64,000 nt of DNA, taken from contig CAYPFA010000003.1 in assembly GCA_964410025.1 (NCBI GenBank), forward strand, positions 85,259 to 149,258. The letters run 5' to 3'. Below are positions 48,374-57,623 of the stretch, one piece after another. The translations under genes and the position numbers were made by a program. Position 1 is the stretch's first letter; each line of letters begins with the position of its first letter. The notes beneath the pieces were generated by a model. It saw only the letters and a program-made list of their open reading frames with translations, ran no database searches and was not told the DNA's origin. The stretch comes from Candidatus Woesearchaeota archaeon (GTDB lineage Archaea; Nanobdellota; Nanobdellia; Pacearchaeales; GW2011-AR1).

Positions 48374-49252
48374 ATGAGTAAAACGCAAGTTCTTGCATTT
48401 ATTTTAAGTATTCTTGGACTAATAATCCCAGTAGTAGGCTTAATATTCTCCGTTCCAGCGCTACTAATGAGCATTGCTCAACTAAAAAAGAATAAGAGCG
48501 GGATGATTGTCGCCACAAGAATTATTTCCATAGTTGCCATAATCGTTTCTGTGGTTGTCTTAATCTCATTTTATTTCTTCTTTTCTTATTTGCCAGAAAA
48601 ACAATTCCAAGAAACTAAGGTATCTTTAATTCTTACTCCGGAGAGTAGCTCTGCAAATATGCCGTATGATTTAGATGTTCTAATGTCAAGGTTCGCTATG
48701 TCCTCTGGAAAAGTTGAAGGAGTGATTAAAGAGAACAAAATTCTACTAAACGTAAGTTTATCTGATTTTGATAGCCAAATATATAGATACCTTATCAATA
48801 CTTCGTTCTTTGAAGCAAAAATTGGTAATGACGTTGTTTTTACGGGCGGAGAGGATATTACCTACGTGGGCACAACTGGTCAAGATGCAGGAATCTATTC
48901 CTGTGATCAATATAGTGAGGGCTATTCGTGTCAATTTAGATTTATAATCTATTTGTCTAATTCCGCGGCACAAAGGCAAGCTACGTTAACCTCTGACCTT
49001 TCTACGAATCCATCTTATGGCGGAAAATACTTAGATAAACCACTCGATTTATATGTTGATAATAATCTAGTTGATACGCTACAAATTGGCACAGATTTGA
49101 GAGGCAAGTTTGTTTCACAAATTCAAATTTCTGGTTCTGGAAATGGGCTAACAACCGAAGAGGCATACGAGAATGCAAAGATAAATATGAAAAAATTGCA
49201 GATCTCATTAAAATCAGGCAGACATCTTTCTTCTAACTATTTAGTTAATTAA
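48374..49252 (+). CDS. membrane-anchored protein with extracellular domain
   Basis: 292 aa. Two N-terminal TM helices, then a soluble domain. Confidence 0.55.
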   Translation: MSKTQVLAFILSILGLIIPVVGLIFSVPALLMSIAQLKKNKSGMIVATRIISIVAIIVSVVVLISFYFFFSYLPEKQFQETKVSLILTPESSSANMPYDLDVLMSRFAMSSGKVEGVIKENKILLNVSLSDFDSQIYRYLINTSFFEAKIGNDVVFTGGEDITYVGTTGQDAGIYSCDQYSEGYSCQFRFIIYLSNSAAQRQATLTSDLSTNPSYGGKYLDKPLDLYVDNNLVDTLQIGTDLRGKFVSQIQISGSGNGLTTEEAYENAKINMKKLQISLKSGRHLSSNYLVN

Positions 49253-49273
49253 GCACTAATCGAAACTCTCTCT

Positions 49274-50464
49274 TTATGGAGTTAGTGTTTTTATTAAGTA
49301 TGTCGCATTTTGTGAATTTGGATTATATACTACTAGTCCTCCGGTGCTCACATTACAATTCATCTGTTTATTTCTTTGATTGTAGAAAGAACAACCTGGA
49401 TAACTGCTATAGTCAGACCCTTGCATAAAATTATTGTAATCTTGCTCAGAAAGAACAAAATGAACCGTTATAGGTAAGGTGCTATTAAATTCAAGTCTAA
49501 GTTCGTTTGTCTTTGTTGTATCGGTAAATGGATAATATGCAACATATCCTGCTCGTAAAGTATCATTTGTTACTGCAGGTATAAGCGTTATTTTTTTAAT
49601 TGGAGGAATATAATATTGAGAAGAAATAATATTTTGCGGAATAACTTTTGTGCTAATGACTGTACCCAAATCATCTAAACACTGACATTCCATATCTTGG
49701 GTATTTGGATTATAGATATAAGAGAATTTTGTGGCAGCAGGTATATCTTGACAATAGCTTTCGCAAAATGAATCCATATTACTTATCTGCTGTGGGGTAA
49801 AAATATCTTCTGCGGAAGATACATTCATAGACGCAATACTGAAAATTCCCCATATCAAACTCAATGCTATGAAAATAATTATGATTGAATTGACAATACC
49901 TAATTTTGTTTTCTTAAATGTATTGGCAACTCTTTCTGAAAAATTAAAATAAAGCAACCAAAATATCGCGACAATAACATTCCTACCATCACTACTATAA
50001 ACATCACCAATTAAATAAGATGGCAAACCAAATGAAGAAATAACACTATAAATGCTGCTTGTTAATAAAAATAAATAAAATCCCTTCGCGAATCTTATAG
50101 CATTTTCAGACTCATTGAAAATACTTACTCCACAAAAAATACTCAAACCGATAACAAAGAGGTTGTATATTATAACCACTCCGCTATTATCTCCTGAAAA
50201 TAAACTAAATAATATAAACACGGGAGAAATAACTGTTAAAACAAATGCAGCAAACCAAAGCCATCCTCCGACGCCAGATTTCTTTTCGTCTTTCTTGCTC
50301 TTTTCTTCTTTTTTATCTTCGGTTTTTGTAACAGATAATCTATCGCTTATTCGTTTGGGAGAATCTTTAATCTTGCTCCAACAGTCTTTACAAAAATAGC
50401 TATCATTATCTGAGAAAGAATCCCAAAGCGAAGTTTTTTTCTTGCACCTTGAACATAAAACCAT
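49274..50464 (-). CDS. multi-pass membrane protein with N-terminal zinc ribbon and Cys-rich extracellular C-terminal domain
   Basis: The N-terminal zinc ribbon reads CSRCKK..CKDC. It is followed by ~5 TM helices and a C-terminal domain with several Cys. ATG at 50464; the ORF track starts at GTG 50473. Confidence 0.55.
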   Translation of the reverse strand: MVLCSRCKKKTSLWDSFSDNDSYFCKDCWSKIKDSPKRISDRLSVTKTEDKKEEKSKKDEKKSGVGGWLWFAAFVLTVISPVFILFSLFSGDNSGVVIIYNLFVIGLSIFCGVSIFNESENAIRFAKGFYLFLLTSSIYSVISSFGLPSYLIGDVYSSDGRNVIVAIFWLLYFNFSERVANTFKKTKLGIVNSIIIIFIALSLIWGIFSIASMNVSSAEDIFTPQQISNMDSFCESYCQDIPAATKFSYIYNPNTQDMECQCLDDLGTVISTKVIPQNIISSQYYIPPIKKITLIPAVTNDTLRAGYVAYYPFTDTTKTNELRLEFNSTLPITVHFVLSEQDYNNFMQGSDYSSYPGCSFYNQRNKQMNCNVSTGGLVVYNPNSQNATYLIKTLTP

Positions 50465-50556
50465 AGTTTTCACTATATTAGTTACTATTTAAATTATTTG
50501 ATATTATAAGCACCAGATTAAGAAACATTTTAATATCTTCTTATATACTAAATTTA

Positions 50557-51687
50557 ATGGTTCATTGTGATGAATGCGGGAAGAAAATTGAAGGATTACC
50601 CTTTCATTGTAAATATTGCAAGGAGAATTTTTGTGATATTCACAGATTACCAGAAGACCACCATTGCACCGGAATTGATAGAAGCAATATTTTTTATAAA
50701 TTAAAAAAAGAAAATATAGAAAGAACAGATTGGTCAGCAGACAATGAGGCAGAAAAAAATGTATTGCACAACAAAGAAAAACATTCTGGAAAGAAGAAGA
50801 ATAGGTTTTCAGAAATTTTGGACAAAAATCTTGATTGGTTAAACGATCGTGAGCATCATTCATATGACTGGAAGGGAAGGGCAAATTATCTTCTAACTAT
50901 TTTAGTCGTATTTGTTGTTTCTATAATTGCCTACAAGATATTTTATGATAATGCTATAAAATTGAATAGTTTTAATTTTTGGATAATCAATCTCGCAGGA
51001 GTTCTTCTTTTGATCTCTATTTTTTTTATAATTAAGTATGGATGGAAAATTATAACAGAAATCCCAAATGTAATCAAGAGGCAAAGGAATTGGTTAAGGT
51101 GGTTGATTATTATTCTAATTTTAATTGCTGTGTGGCAAGCATATGAGAATAGAGATACGCTATTCAATCCCATATTGGATTTTAAAGAAAAAACAAATTT
51201 TTCATATTTTAATCCTCTTGATATAAACTATACGAGTGCAGGAGAAAAAACAAAAGACGTCTCAGGAAGCTTGTTTGAGAATTTGAAAAATACGGTTACC
51301 GTTCCAGAAAGAGACTATGATCTCATCGAAACCCGAATTTTTGAATTGGTCAATGAGGAGAGAACAAGATATAATGCCAGACCATTAAAATTAAGCTCTA
51401 ATCTTGACAGTCTTGCAAGAAAATGGAGTGAAAAGATGATTGCAGAAAACTTTTTTGAACATAGCGGATATAATGTTGGAGAAAATATTGGAGAGGTGCC
51501 AATACATTATAATGTTGTTGGCTGCGGATCTACCTACACAAATGAAGCTATGGCACAATGTTTTGTTACTGGATGGATAGAAAGTCCCGGGCATCATCAA
51601 AATATGATTGATAAGTCATATTCAGTTACGGGAGTAGGTATTGCTTGTGATATCTCGCAGTGTAGAGCAACTCAAATGTTTAGTTAA
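50557..51687 (+). CDS. AN1-type zinc finger / 3-TM / CAP (SCP/PR-1, YkwD-like) domain fusion protein
   Basis: The N-terminus CDECGKK..FHCKYCKENFCDIHRLPEDHHC matches the AN1 pattern, and three TM segments follow. The C-terminal domain (RYNARPLKLS..LARKWSEKM..FEHSG..SPGHHQNM..VGIA) matches CAP. Confidence 0.7.
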   Translation: MVHCDECGKKIEGLPFHCKYCKENFCDIHRLPEDHHCTGIDRSNIFYKLKKENIERTDWSADNEAEKNVLHNKEKHSGKKKNRFSEILDKNLDWLNDREHHSYDWKGRANYLLTILVVFVVSIIAYKIFYDNAIKLNSFNFWIINLAGVLLLISIFFIIKYGWKIITEIPNVIKRQRNWLRWLIIILILIAVWQAYENRDTLFNPILDFKEKTNFSYFNPLDINYTSAGEKTKDVSGSLFENLKNTVTVPERDYDLIETRIFELVNEERTRYNARPLKLSSNLDSLARKWSEKMIAENFFEHSGYNVGENIGEVPIHYNVVGCGSTYTNEAMAQCFVTGWIESPGHHQNMIDKSYSVTGVGIACDISQCRATQMFS

Positions 51688-52985
51688 AACTTACGTATTG
51701 TCTTTATTTTCTTCTTAATTAACTCCAAAATTTCTGGATCTTGAAGAAGTTTATTCATTGTGTCATCCGCAACACTTTTCTGAGTTTCTGCTTCAACAAT
51801 CTTATTCGCTTCTTCTTCATTTAAACTCATTCCACACTTCTTGCAAAATATACTGGTAGACTCGTTTACTTCCTTACATCTAATACAAACAATGTTTTTC
51901 AAAACATCTTTTGGCTTCTGCTTCTTAACTTCTAATCCATTTTCTGCAAGAATAACATTATCCGTCTCCCTTCCGTTCATATGAATGTAAACTCCGCACA
52001 TCTTGGACGATTGAGCCCAACCGAGATATTGTTTCATACCTGCCTCAGGCATTACAGAAGCTAATTCAGTTGCTCTCGAATGCCTAAAAAGATGGTTGTA
52101 TATTCGTTTAGTTATTCCTGCTCTTTTGGCACTATTCTTAATTATGGAACTAAGTCTCGAATAACTTAATATATGGTCTGACTGCGTGTTATACCAAAGC
52201 GACGCTTCTCTATCTGTATTCAACGGATGCTGGTTTATCCATTCTTTTAGATATGGCATTGACTTAACCAGAAGGACTTGTCTCATCCCCGTTTTACCTT
52301 CTGGAAACATTATTCTTGCGCCATAATCTTCAAAAGAAATATTTTTAATTTTTAGACTACCAACTTCTGAAATTCTTCCTCCACTTTCTGCAAGAACAGA
52401 AACAAAACATTTGTCTCTTGTTGTTTTACAAAACTGGATTATCTTCTTAATTTCTTCTGGGGTTAGAAGCTCTTCTGGGAGTTTAGATTTATTTTGTGCA
52501 ATATTTATGTTAATCCACTTAACCCTTTCCGGAAGCGCATCGCCTCTTTCTGAGCCTTCAATAAATCGATAAAGTTTTCTAATCATTATCTTAATTCCTT
52601 TTTTTGTTTCTTCTGCAAAAGGTTCGGCATTTAACTCAGAAACAACACGCCTTAGATCTTCTTTTGTAGCCTCTTGAAAATCTTTCTTTAAATGTCTATC
52701 AAACCAAACAATATCAACTAAATATCTTCCAACTTTGGCATAACCAATATTTTCACTTAGTAAATAGTTCTTGAAAGAAATTGCTGTCTTTTTATTATTT
52801 TCAGAATAGAAATATGTTGGCTTACTTCTCTTGCTTGTTTCTTTTAGAACTTCTTCTGGATGTTCAATTCTAAAAACAATTCTTTCAAGTTGGTGTTTGT
52901 AGTTGTGTATGCTCATATCGACGATAAAATCGTCCCAGCTTATAAAGGACGACCGTCGAGCATATAACTTTTCCAGAACGCCCAA
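51684..52985 (-). CDS. int: tyrosine recombinase / integrase with C-terminal zinc ribbon
   Basis: Catalytic pattern GGRISEV (Arg), HLFRHSRAT (HxxR) and GVYIH (Tyr), plus C-terminal CIRCKE..CKKCG. The ORF reaches into the tRNA-Asp 3' end, so the true start is probably internal. Confidence 0.88.
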   Translation of the reverse strand: MGVLEKLYARRSSFISWDDFIVDMSIHNYKHQLERIVFRIEHPEEVLKETSKRSKPTYFYSENNKKTAISFKNYLLSENIGYAKVGRYLVDIVWFDRHLKKDFQEATKEDLRRVVSELNAEPFAEETKKGIKIMIRKLYRFIEGSERGDALPERVKWININIAQNKSKLPEELLTPEEIKKIIQFCKTTRDKCFVSVLAESGGRISEVGSLKIKNISFEDYGARIMFPEGKTGMRQVLLVKSMPYLKEWINQHPLNTDREASLWYNTQSDHILSYSRLSSIIKNSAKRAGITKRIYNHLFRHSRATELASVMPEAGMKQYLGWAQSSKMCGVYIHMNGRETDNVILAENGLEVKKQKPKDVLKNIVCIRCKEVNESTSIFCKKCGMSLNEEEANKIVEAETQKSVADDTMNKLLQDPEILELIKKKIKTIRKF

Positions 52986-52990
52986 ACCGG
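52975..52990. repeat. att site, tRNA-proximal copy
   Basis: agaacgcccaaaccgg overlaps tRNA-Asp positions 62-73 plus 4 nt downstream. Confidence 0.8.
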
Positions 52991-53050
52991 GAATCGCACC
53001 CGGGTCCTCGCCGCGACAGGGCGATGTACTGACTACTATACTATTTGGGC
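52979..53050 (-). tRNA. tRNA-Asp (anticodon GUC)
   Basis: GCCCAAA TA GTAT AGTAGTCA GTAC A TCGCC CTGTCGC GGCGA GGAC CCGGG TGCGATT CCCGG TTTGGGC G. All stems pair. The T-loop has G rather than U at position 55. Confidence 0.9.
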
Positions 53051-53104
53051 AGTTAGATAAAAAATCATAACAAAATTCCTTTTTAAAATTATCTTTTTGA
53101 ATTA

Positions 53105-53434
53105 TTACTCATATAGAACAGTTTCTGTAACAACCTTTCTTGGTGTTTTACTTGTCTTCTTTTCAGTCTTTTTTGTTTTTTTCAAAATCTTTTTTTCAAC
53201 TTTTTTTGTAGCTTTAGCGACTTTTTTTTTAGAACCAACATCTGTTTTTTTTGCAGAAACAATTTTTTCCAGTTCAGCAATTTTTTCAAGTAACATTGCC
53301 TGATTCAAACTTAAATGTTGTATTTTGTCATGTAATTCGGAAACTGAGTCATTAACCATCAATAAATCTTTTTTAACATATCCAAAACTTACAGAAACGT
53401 TTTTTTCAAATTGTCCAACAGATTGTGCTTTCAT
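53105..53434 (-). CDS. hypothetical protein with coiled-coil N-terminus and Lys-rich tail
   Basis: 109-aa ORF with a KKTEKKTSKTPRK-type basic C-terminus. Confidence 0.5.
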   Translation of the reverse strand: MKAQSVGQFEKNVSVSFGYVKKDLLMVNDSVSELHDKIQHLSLNQAMLLEKIAELEKIVSAKKTDVGSKKKVAKATKKVEKKILKKTKKTEKKTSKTPRKVVTETVLYE

Positions 53435-53497
53435 ATTTTTTCAAATCTCTCAAGCTTTATAAACCTTTTGATAGTAGTAACTCTAGAGTTAATACAC

Positions 53498-53797
53498 ATG
53501 ATAAATATTTCAAAAAATAGACTAGCTGGAGAAAAAGATTTTAGGGCAAATATTGTTTTCGAGAGTAATTTGGAGATAAAAGCCAGAAATAATTTTTATA
53601 CCTGTTCAGATCTAAAAACAGGAATGTTAATCTACAAGGACGATGAATATTTTTCCCTAGTAATGCCAGACGGAGAGGAAAGAAATCTTATGTGGAATCA
53701 AAGAGATTTTTGCGTAGCCAATCAGCAGGAAATAGACCAGTATATTGTTTCAGTAAGAGACGAAATATCTTCAGAAGTGTTTTCCGATTCTCTTTAA
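53498..53797 (+). CDS. hypothetical protein
   Basis: ATG at 53498 (MINISKNRLAGEK..). The ORF track starts at 53411 and overlaps the divergent gene. Confidence 0.45.
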   Translation: MINISKNRLAGEKDFRANIVFESNLEIKARNNFYTCSDLKTGMLIYKDDEYFSLVMPDGEERNLMWNQRDFCVANQQEIDQYIVSVRDEISSEVFSDSL

Positions 53798-53841
53798 TCA
53801 ATTATATAAATATTTAAAAAGAAAATAAAGAAAGTATTATC

Positions 53842-54096
53842 ATGGGAATAAATTATATGCGAATATGCACAGCTGGAACAGATCTGCAAGAGGCATTGCC
53901 AAAAATCTACAAAGGAAAACAGTATCGAGATGAAAAAACAAATGACGTTTATGAATTTATTTCATTTATTGATTACTGCAGTGGGCAAGTTCGTGCAAGA
54001 AATGTTACCAAAGACATAACAGAACTACTAACTTCTAAAGAATGGTTTTCTTTACATTCTATTCCAAAAGAAAGAAGAAAAAAACAGAAACAGTAA
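53842..54096 (+). CDS. hypothetical protein
   Basis: 84-aa ORF with ATG start. Confidence 0.45.
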   Translation: MGINYMRICTAGTDLQEALPKIYKGKQYRDEKTNDVYEFISFIDYCSGQVRARNVTKDITELLTSKEWFSLHSIPKERRKKQKQ

Positions 54097-54127
54097 CCCT
54101 TAAAATCCCCCTAGACTTCTAGATTTT

Positions 54128-55339
54128 ATGAAAACTATATACGAACTTTTATCACCTGTAGGAAATTTTCCCATGCTTCATGCAGCTATAGACGCGGGAG
54201 CAGATGCGGTTTATCTAGGATTGGATGAATTCAATATGCGAGCAACAGCCAGAAATTTTTCAATAAAAGATTTAGATGAAGTAAAAAAAATCTGTAAAGA
54301 AAAAGCCCTGCGAGGGTCATCTCGGAAGATTAAAATCTATCTAACTTTAAACGTAATAATCTATCAAAACGAACTAAAAAAATTAGAACAGGCAATAAAG
54401 AAAGTAAAGAATAAGGTAGACGCCATAATCTGCTGGGACCTATCTGTAATCAATCTATGTAAAAAATATAAAATTCCCTTCCATGTTTCAACTCAAGCTT
54501 CCATCTCGAATTTAGAATCCGCAAAATTTTACGAAAAACTAGGAGCAAAGAAATTAGTTTTAGCAAGAGAATTATCTCTAAGGCAAATTAAAGAAATATC
54601 CAAAAAAATAAAAATTGGCATAGAGTGTTTTTGCCATGGGGCCTTATGCGTTTCAGAATCAGGAAGATGTTTTACATCCCAATTTTTACATTGTAAGTCA
54701 GCAAATAGAGGCGAATGCGCCCATCCCTGCAGAAGAGCCTACAAAATAACAGAAATAGGTTGTGAAGAAAACGAGTTAGTCTTAGAAAATAATAGAGTTA
54801 TGTCTGCGAAAGATTTATGCACACTACCCTTTATAGAAAAAATGAAACAAGCAGGAATAACTTCATTTAAAATTGAAGGCAGAAATAGAAATCCAGAATA
54901 TGTTTACACAGTTACAAAAGCTTATAGAAAAGCACTTGACAAGAAATTATCTCAAAAAGAAATTGAAGAATCGCTAGAAGAATTAAAAAAAGTTTACAAT
55001 AGGGGACTGTCTTCAGGGTTTTATTTGAAAATGCCAACAGCAGACGACTTTTCTTCCTCTGAAAACGGCGAGCAAACAGAAAAGAAAGTATTCGTTGGGA
55101 AAGTTGAGAAATATTGGCCGAATATCCAGGTTGCAGAAGTTTACATTAATGGAGCCTCAATAAAAATTGGTGACGAGCTTTATGTTCAAGGTGACAAAAC
55201 AGGAGTCAAAAGAACAAAAATAGAAAGTATGGAGATTGAAAAAGTAAAAATAGAAAAAGCCGATAAAAAACAAAGAGTTGGAATCAATTTCCCAGAATGT
55301 AAAACTGGCGATGATATTTATTTGATTACGAAGAAATAA
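54128..55339 (+). CDS. peptidase U32 family protein
   Basis: ELLSPVGN..AAIDAGADAVYLG and E.FCHGALC..SGRC.. are typical of the U32 family. 403 aa. Confidence 0.88.
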   Translation: MKTIYELLSPVGNFPMLHAAIDAGADAVYLGLDEFNMRATARNFSIKDLDEVKKICKEKALRGSSRKIKIYLTLNVIIYQNELKKLEQAIKKVKNKVDAIICWDLSVINLCKKYKIPFHVSTQASISNLESAKFYEKLGAKKLVLARELSLRQIKEISKKIKIGIECFCHGALCVSESGRCFTSQFLHCKSANRGECAHPCRRAYKITEIGCEENELVLENNRVMSAKDLCTLPFIEKMKQAGITSFKIEGRNRNPEYVYTVTKAYRKALDKKLSQKEIEESLEELKKVYNRGLSSGFYLKMPTADDFSSSENGEQTEKKVFVGKVEKYWPNIQVAEVYINGASIKIGDELYVQGDKTGVKRTKIESMEIEKVKIEKADKKQRVGINFPECKTGDDIYLITKK

Positions 55340-55360
55340 CTATTCATCTTCCATTACGGG

Positions 55361-56194
55361 CTATCCGTCTATAAAAACAGAAGGCAAACCAAGATTTCTG
55401 AAATAATTGCACATTGCTTGACACGCAAATTTTTCCGTAGAATAATGAGTTCCGCCAAGAACATTTATACCATTCGCTTCTTCGTAGACATGTGTTTTTT
55501 CAGAATGAGGATTTCTAGAGCTAATACCAGTTACTACGGTTTTGATGCCAGAATCGAATACTTGTTTTAAAATATCTTCCTCGTTTCCACCTCCAGCAAG
55601 AACAGCCACTTTATTTCCAGGAATTTTATCTTCACCATATTTGTATAGTTTCACCTTGTGTCCAACAGCTCCTTCGAAAATTTGTTTCAATTCACTAACT
55701 GTTCTGCAAGAAGTTTTTCCAATAACTCCAGCCAATGAACCATAATAAGGTACACACGGCTCTAGCTCAGTCATGTTTAATGATTTAGCCAAAGTTACGC
55801 CAGTTGAATATTCTCCGAAATTGTCCAACGGAACATGTAAATTATATATTGAGATTTTTTTATCTTTTAATTTTGCCAACAGTGTTCCGTCCATTTGCTG
55901 AAAAACATTCGGGGCTTTTCTTATGTCCCAAATACTCGGATGATGTACAAAAATCATAGAATTGCCTATACCATCAGCCAAAACCTTTTCTAAGACTTTA
56001 TTTGAGGGGAAAACGGCACAATAAACTTTCGTAATTATTTCTGGAGCAAAATCACAAACCAAACCCATACTTCTTTTTTTAAAGTTATCACTAAGAAAAC
56101 ATTCTATTTCCTTCATGTGTGGCGCCCAGTCATCACTCAAGCCCGGCTTTATAAAATCTTTTTCAAGCCTAGCATATAATTTCTTTGCTTCCAT
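55361..56194 (-). CDS. Nif3-like dinuclear metal centre protein
   Basis: FVHHPSIW, NLHVPLD and GGTHYSTE motifs of the NIF3/DUF34 family. Confidence 0.8.
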   Translation of the reverse strand: MEAKKLYARLEKDFIKPGLSDDWAPHMKEIECFLSDNFKKRSMGLVCDFAPEIITKVYCAVFPSNKVLEKVLADGIGNSMIFVHHPSIWDIRKAPNVFQQMDGTLLAKLKDKKISIYNLHVPLDNFGEYSTGVTLAKSLNMTELEPCVPYYGSLAGVIGKTSCRTVSELKQIFEGAVGHKVKLYKYGEDKIPGNKVAVLAGGGNEEDILKQVFDSGIKTVVTGISSRNPHSEKTHVYEEANGINVLGGTHYSTEKFACQAMCNYFRNLGLPSVFIDG

Positions 56195-56275
56195 ATTATT
56201 CTAATAAATTGGTTATATAAAAAACTTTCTATCCAAAACTTTATAAATCTCAAATCCTTCATTGTTTTATATAAG

Positions 56276-56779
56276 ATGGCATCAAAACTAGCACTTTCAA
56301 TTTTAATAAGTATAATTTTAACGGCAATTTTAATTGCAACTGTAAATGTCGGAACAAGCCTTTTTATGAATGAACCAGATTATAATAATTATTGTAATAT
56401 GACAAAATCTATACCGCTTGAAAGTGAAAATATTACATTGCAAATCTGTGAAGAAAATAATGGAACATGGGTTCCAAGCTCACCAAAAGGCTATTGTGAT
56501 TTTTACACAAAATGTAGTCAGGTATATAACGATGCACAAAAACCCTATAACCAAAATAGATTTTACGTTTTCGCAGGATTAGGATTTATTCTATTATTAA
56601 TTGGCTTATTCGCAAAAGAAAATCTAATTCAAATAACTGGTTTAGCAACAGGCGGAATTTTAGTCTTAGAAGGGATTGTAATGAATATTCAGAATAAGAC
56701 AGTCGTGTTCTTCTCACTTATTGCGATATTAATAATCTTCGGAATTCTCGCTTGGAGAGTTATTAATAAAAAGAAGTAA
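56276..56779 (+). CDS. hypothetical membrane protein
   Basis: 167 aa. An N-terminal TM, a Cys-containing loop, then three further TM helices. Confidence 0.55.
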   Translation: MASKLALSILISIILTAILIATVNVGTSLFMNEPDYNNYCNMTKSIPLESENITLQICEENNGTWVPSSPKGYCDFYTKCSQVYNDAQKPYNQNRFYVFAGLGFILLLIGLFAKENLIQITGLATGGILVLEGIVMNIQNKTVVFFSLIAILIIFGILAWRVINKKK

Positions 56780-57062
56780 TTATTTTTAATTTATAAATTT
56801 TAAGAATTAATTTTTATCTAGCCCTGATTCGTGCAGTATCTTTTCGATCTCTGTCTTGTTCAAGCTCATTTCTTTTAATTTTTTCTGTTTCTTTTACAAA
56901 AAAATCATTATATCCATTATACTGACACTTCTCTGCGTCAATCATCTTAACCCATTTTGCTCTTACGTCCATGTATTTTTGCTAAATTTCACTAGAAGCC
57001 TAGTTAATTAACAAAAGCGTTACTACTATATAAACATATCGAAAATTATGTATAAAATAACC

Positions 57063-57455
57063 TCAACCCATTAAAACGGTAAAATTGTCTAGAATTCTTT
57101 TTTGGTCTTCTGGCGACAAATCTTTGTCAAGCATTGGATAAAAATCAGTATCTTCGAGTTTTATGTGAGTCTTTAATAGGATTTCAAATTTCTTAGCAGC
57201 TGTATTGTCTTCTTGCATTACCTTCACATACTCTCTAAGTTGTTCATGTTGTTCTAATATTATAGATAGCACTTTCAGATTTTTCTTGTCTTTGTAAAAA
57301 ATAAAAATTGCCTTTTCCTCGGCATATGCATGTTTCTCCTGTAATTCTTTAAGTTGTTCATAAGAATTCTTTTTGCCTTTAGTAAAATCGTCAAGAAGTT
57401 TAAGCATTTTTCCATGCTCTTTCAGCATTCTTTGCGATATCAACTCTTTTGCCAT
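57063..57455 (-). CDS. hemerythrin-like domain protein
   Basis: The spaced H/E pattern (LKEHGKM.., HAYAEE.., LEQHEQL.., HIKLEDTDFYP) resembles the HHE cation-binding domain. ATG at 57455. Confidence 0.55.
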   Translation of the reverse strand: MAKELISQRMLKEHGKMLKLLDDFTKGKKNSYEQLKELQEKHAYAEEKAIFIFYKDKKNLKVLSIILEQHEQLREYVKVMQEDNTAAKKFEILLKTHIKLEDTDFYPMLDKDLSPEDQKRILDNFTVLMG

Positions 57456-57501
57456 AAAATATACAGTATTTACCATTATTTAAAGTTTGCTAAAAATAGG
57501 C

Positions 57502-57556
57502 GGTGCTAGGGCGCCGCGAGCCCTAGCACCAATCATCCCAGCCTAAGTTGGGATGA
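57502..57556. other. GC-rich tandem hairpin element (candidate small structured RNA or palindromic element)
   Basis: A perfect 11-bp stem pairs GGTGCTAGGGC (57502-57512) with GCCCTAGCACC (57520-57530). An 8-bp stem pairs TCATCCCA (57533-57540) with TGGGATGA (57549-57556). Confidence 0.5.
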
Positions 57557-57623
57557 ATATGAAGCTCAGTTGAGCATTGTGATAAAATTAAGCAAGAATT
57601 TGTATTATTAAAGGTTTGGAAAG

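Larger units (their letters stand above)
45276..52990. mobile_element. integrated element (~7.7 kb) in the 3' end of tRNA-Asp
   Basis: An exact 16-bp direct repeat agaacgcccaaaccgg sits at both ends, and the right copy overlaps the last 12 nt of tRNA-Asp. A tyrosine recombinase abuts the tRNA. The cargo is orphan, regulatory and membrane genes. Confidence 0.8.
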
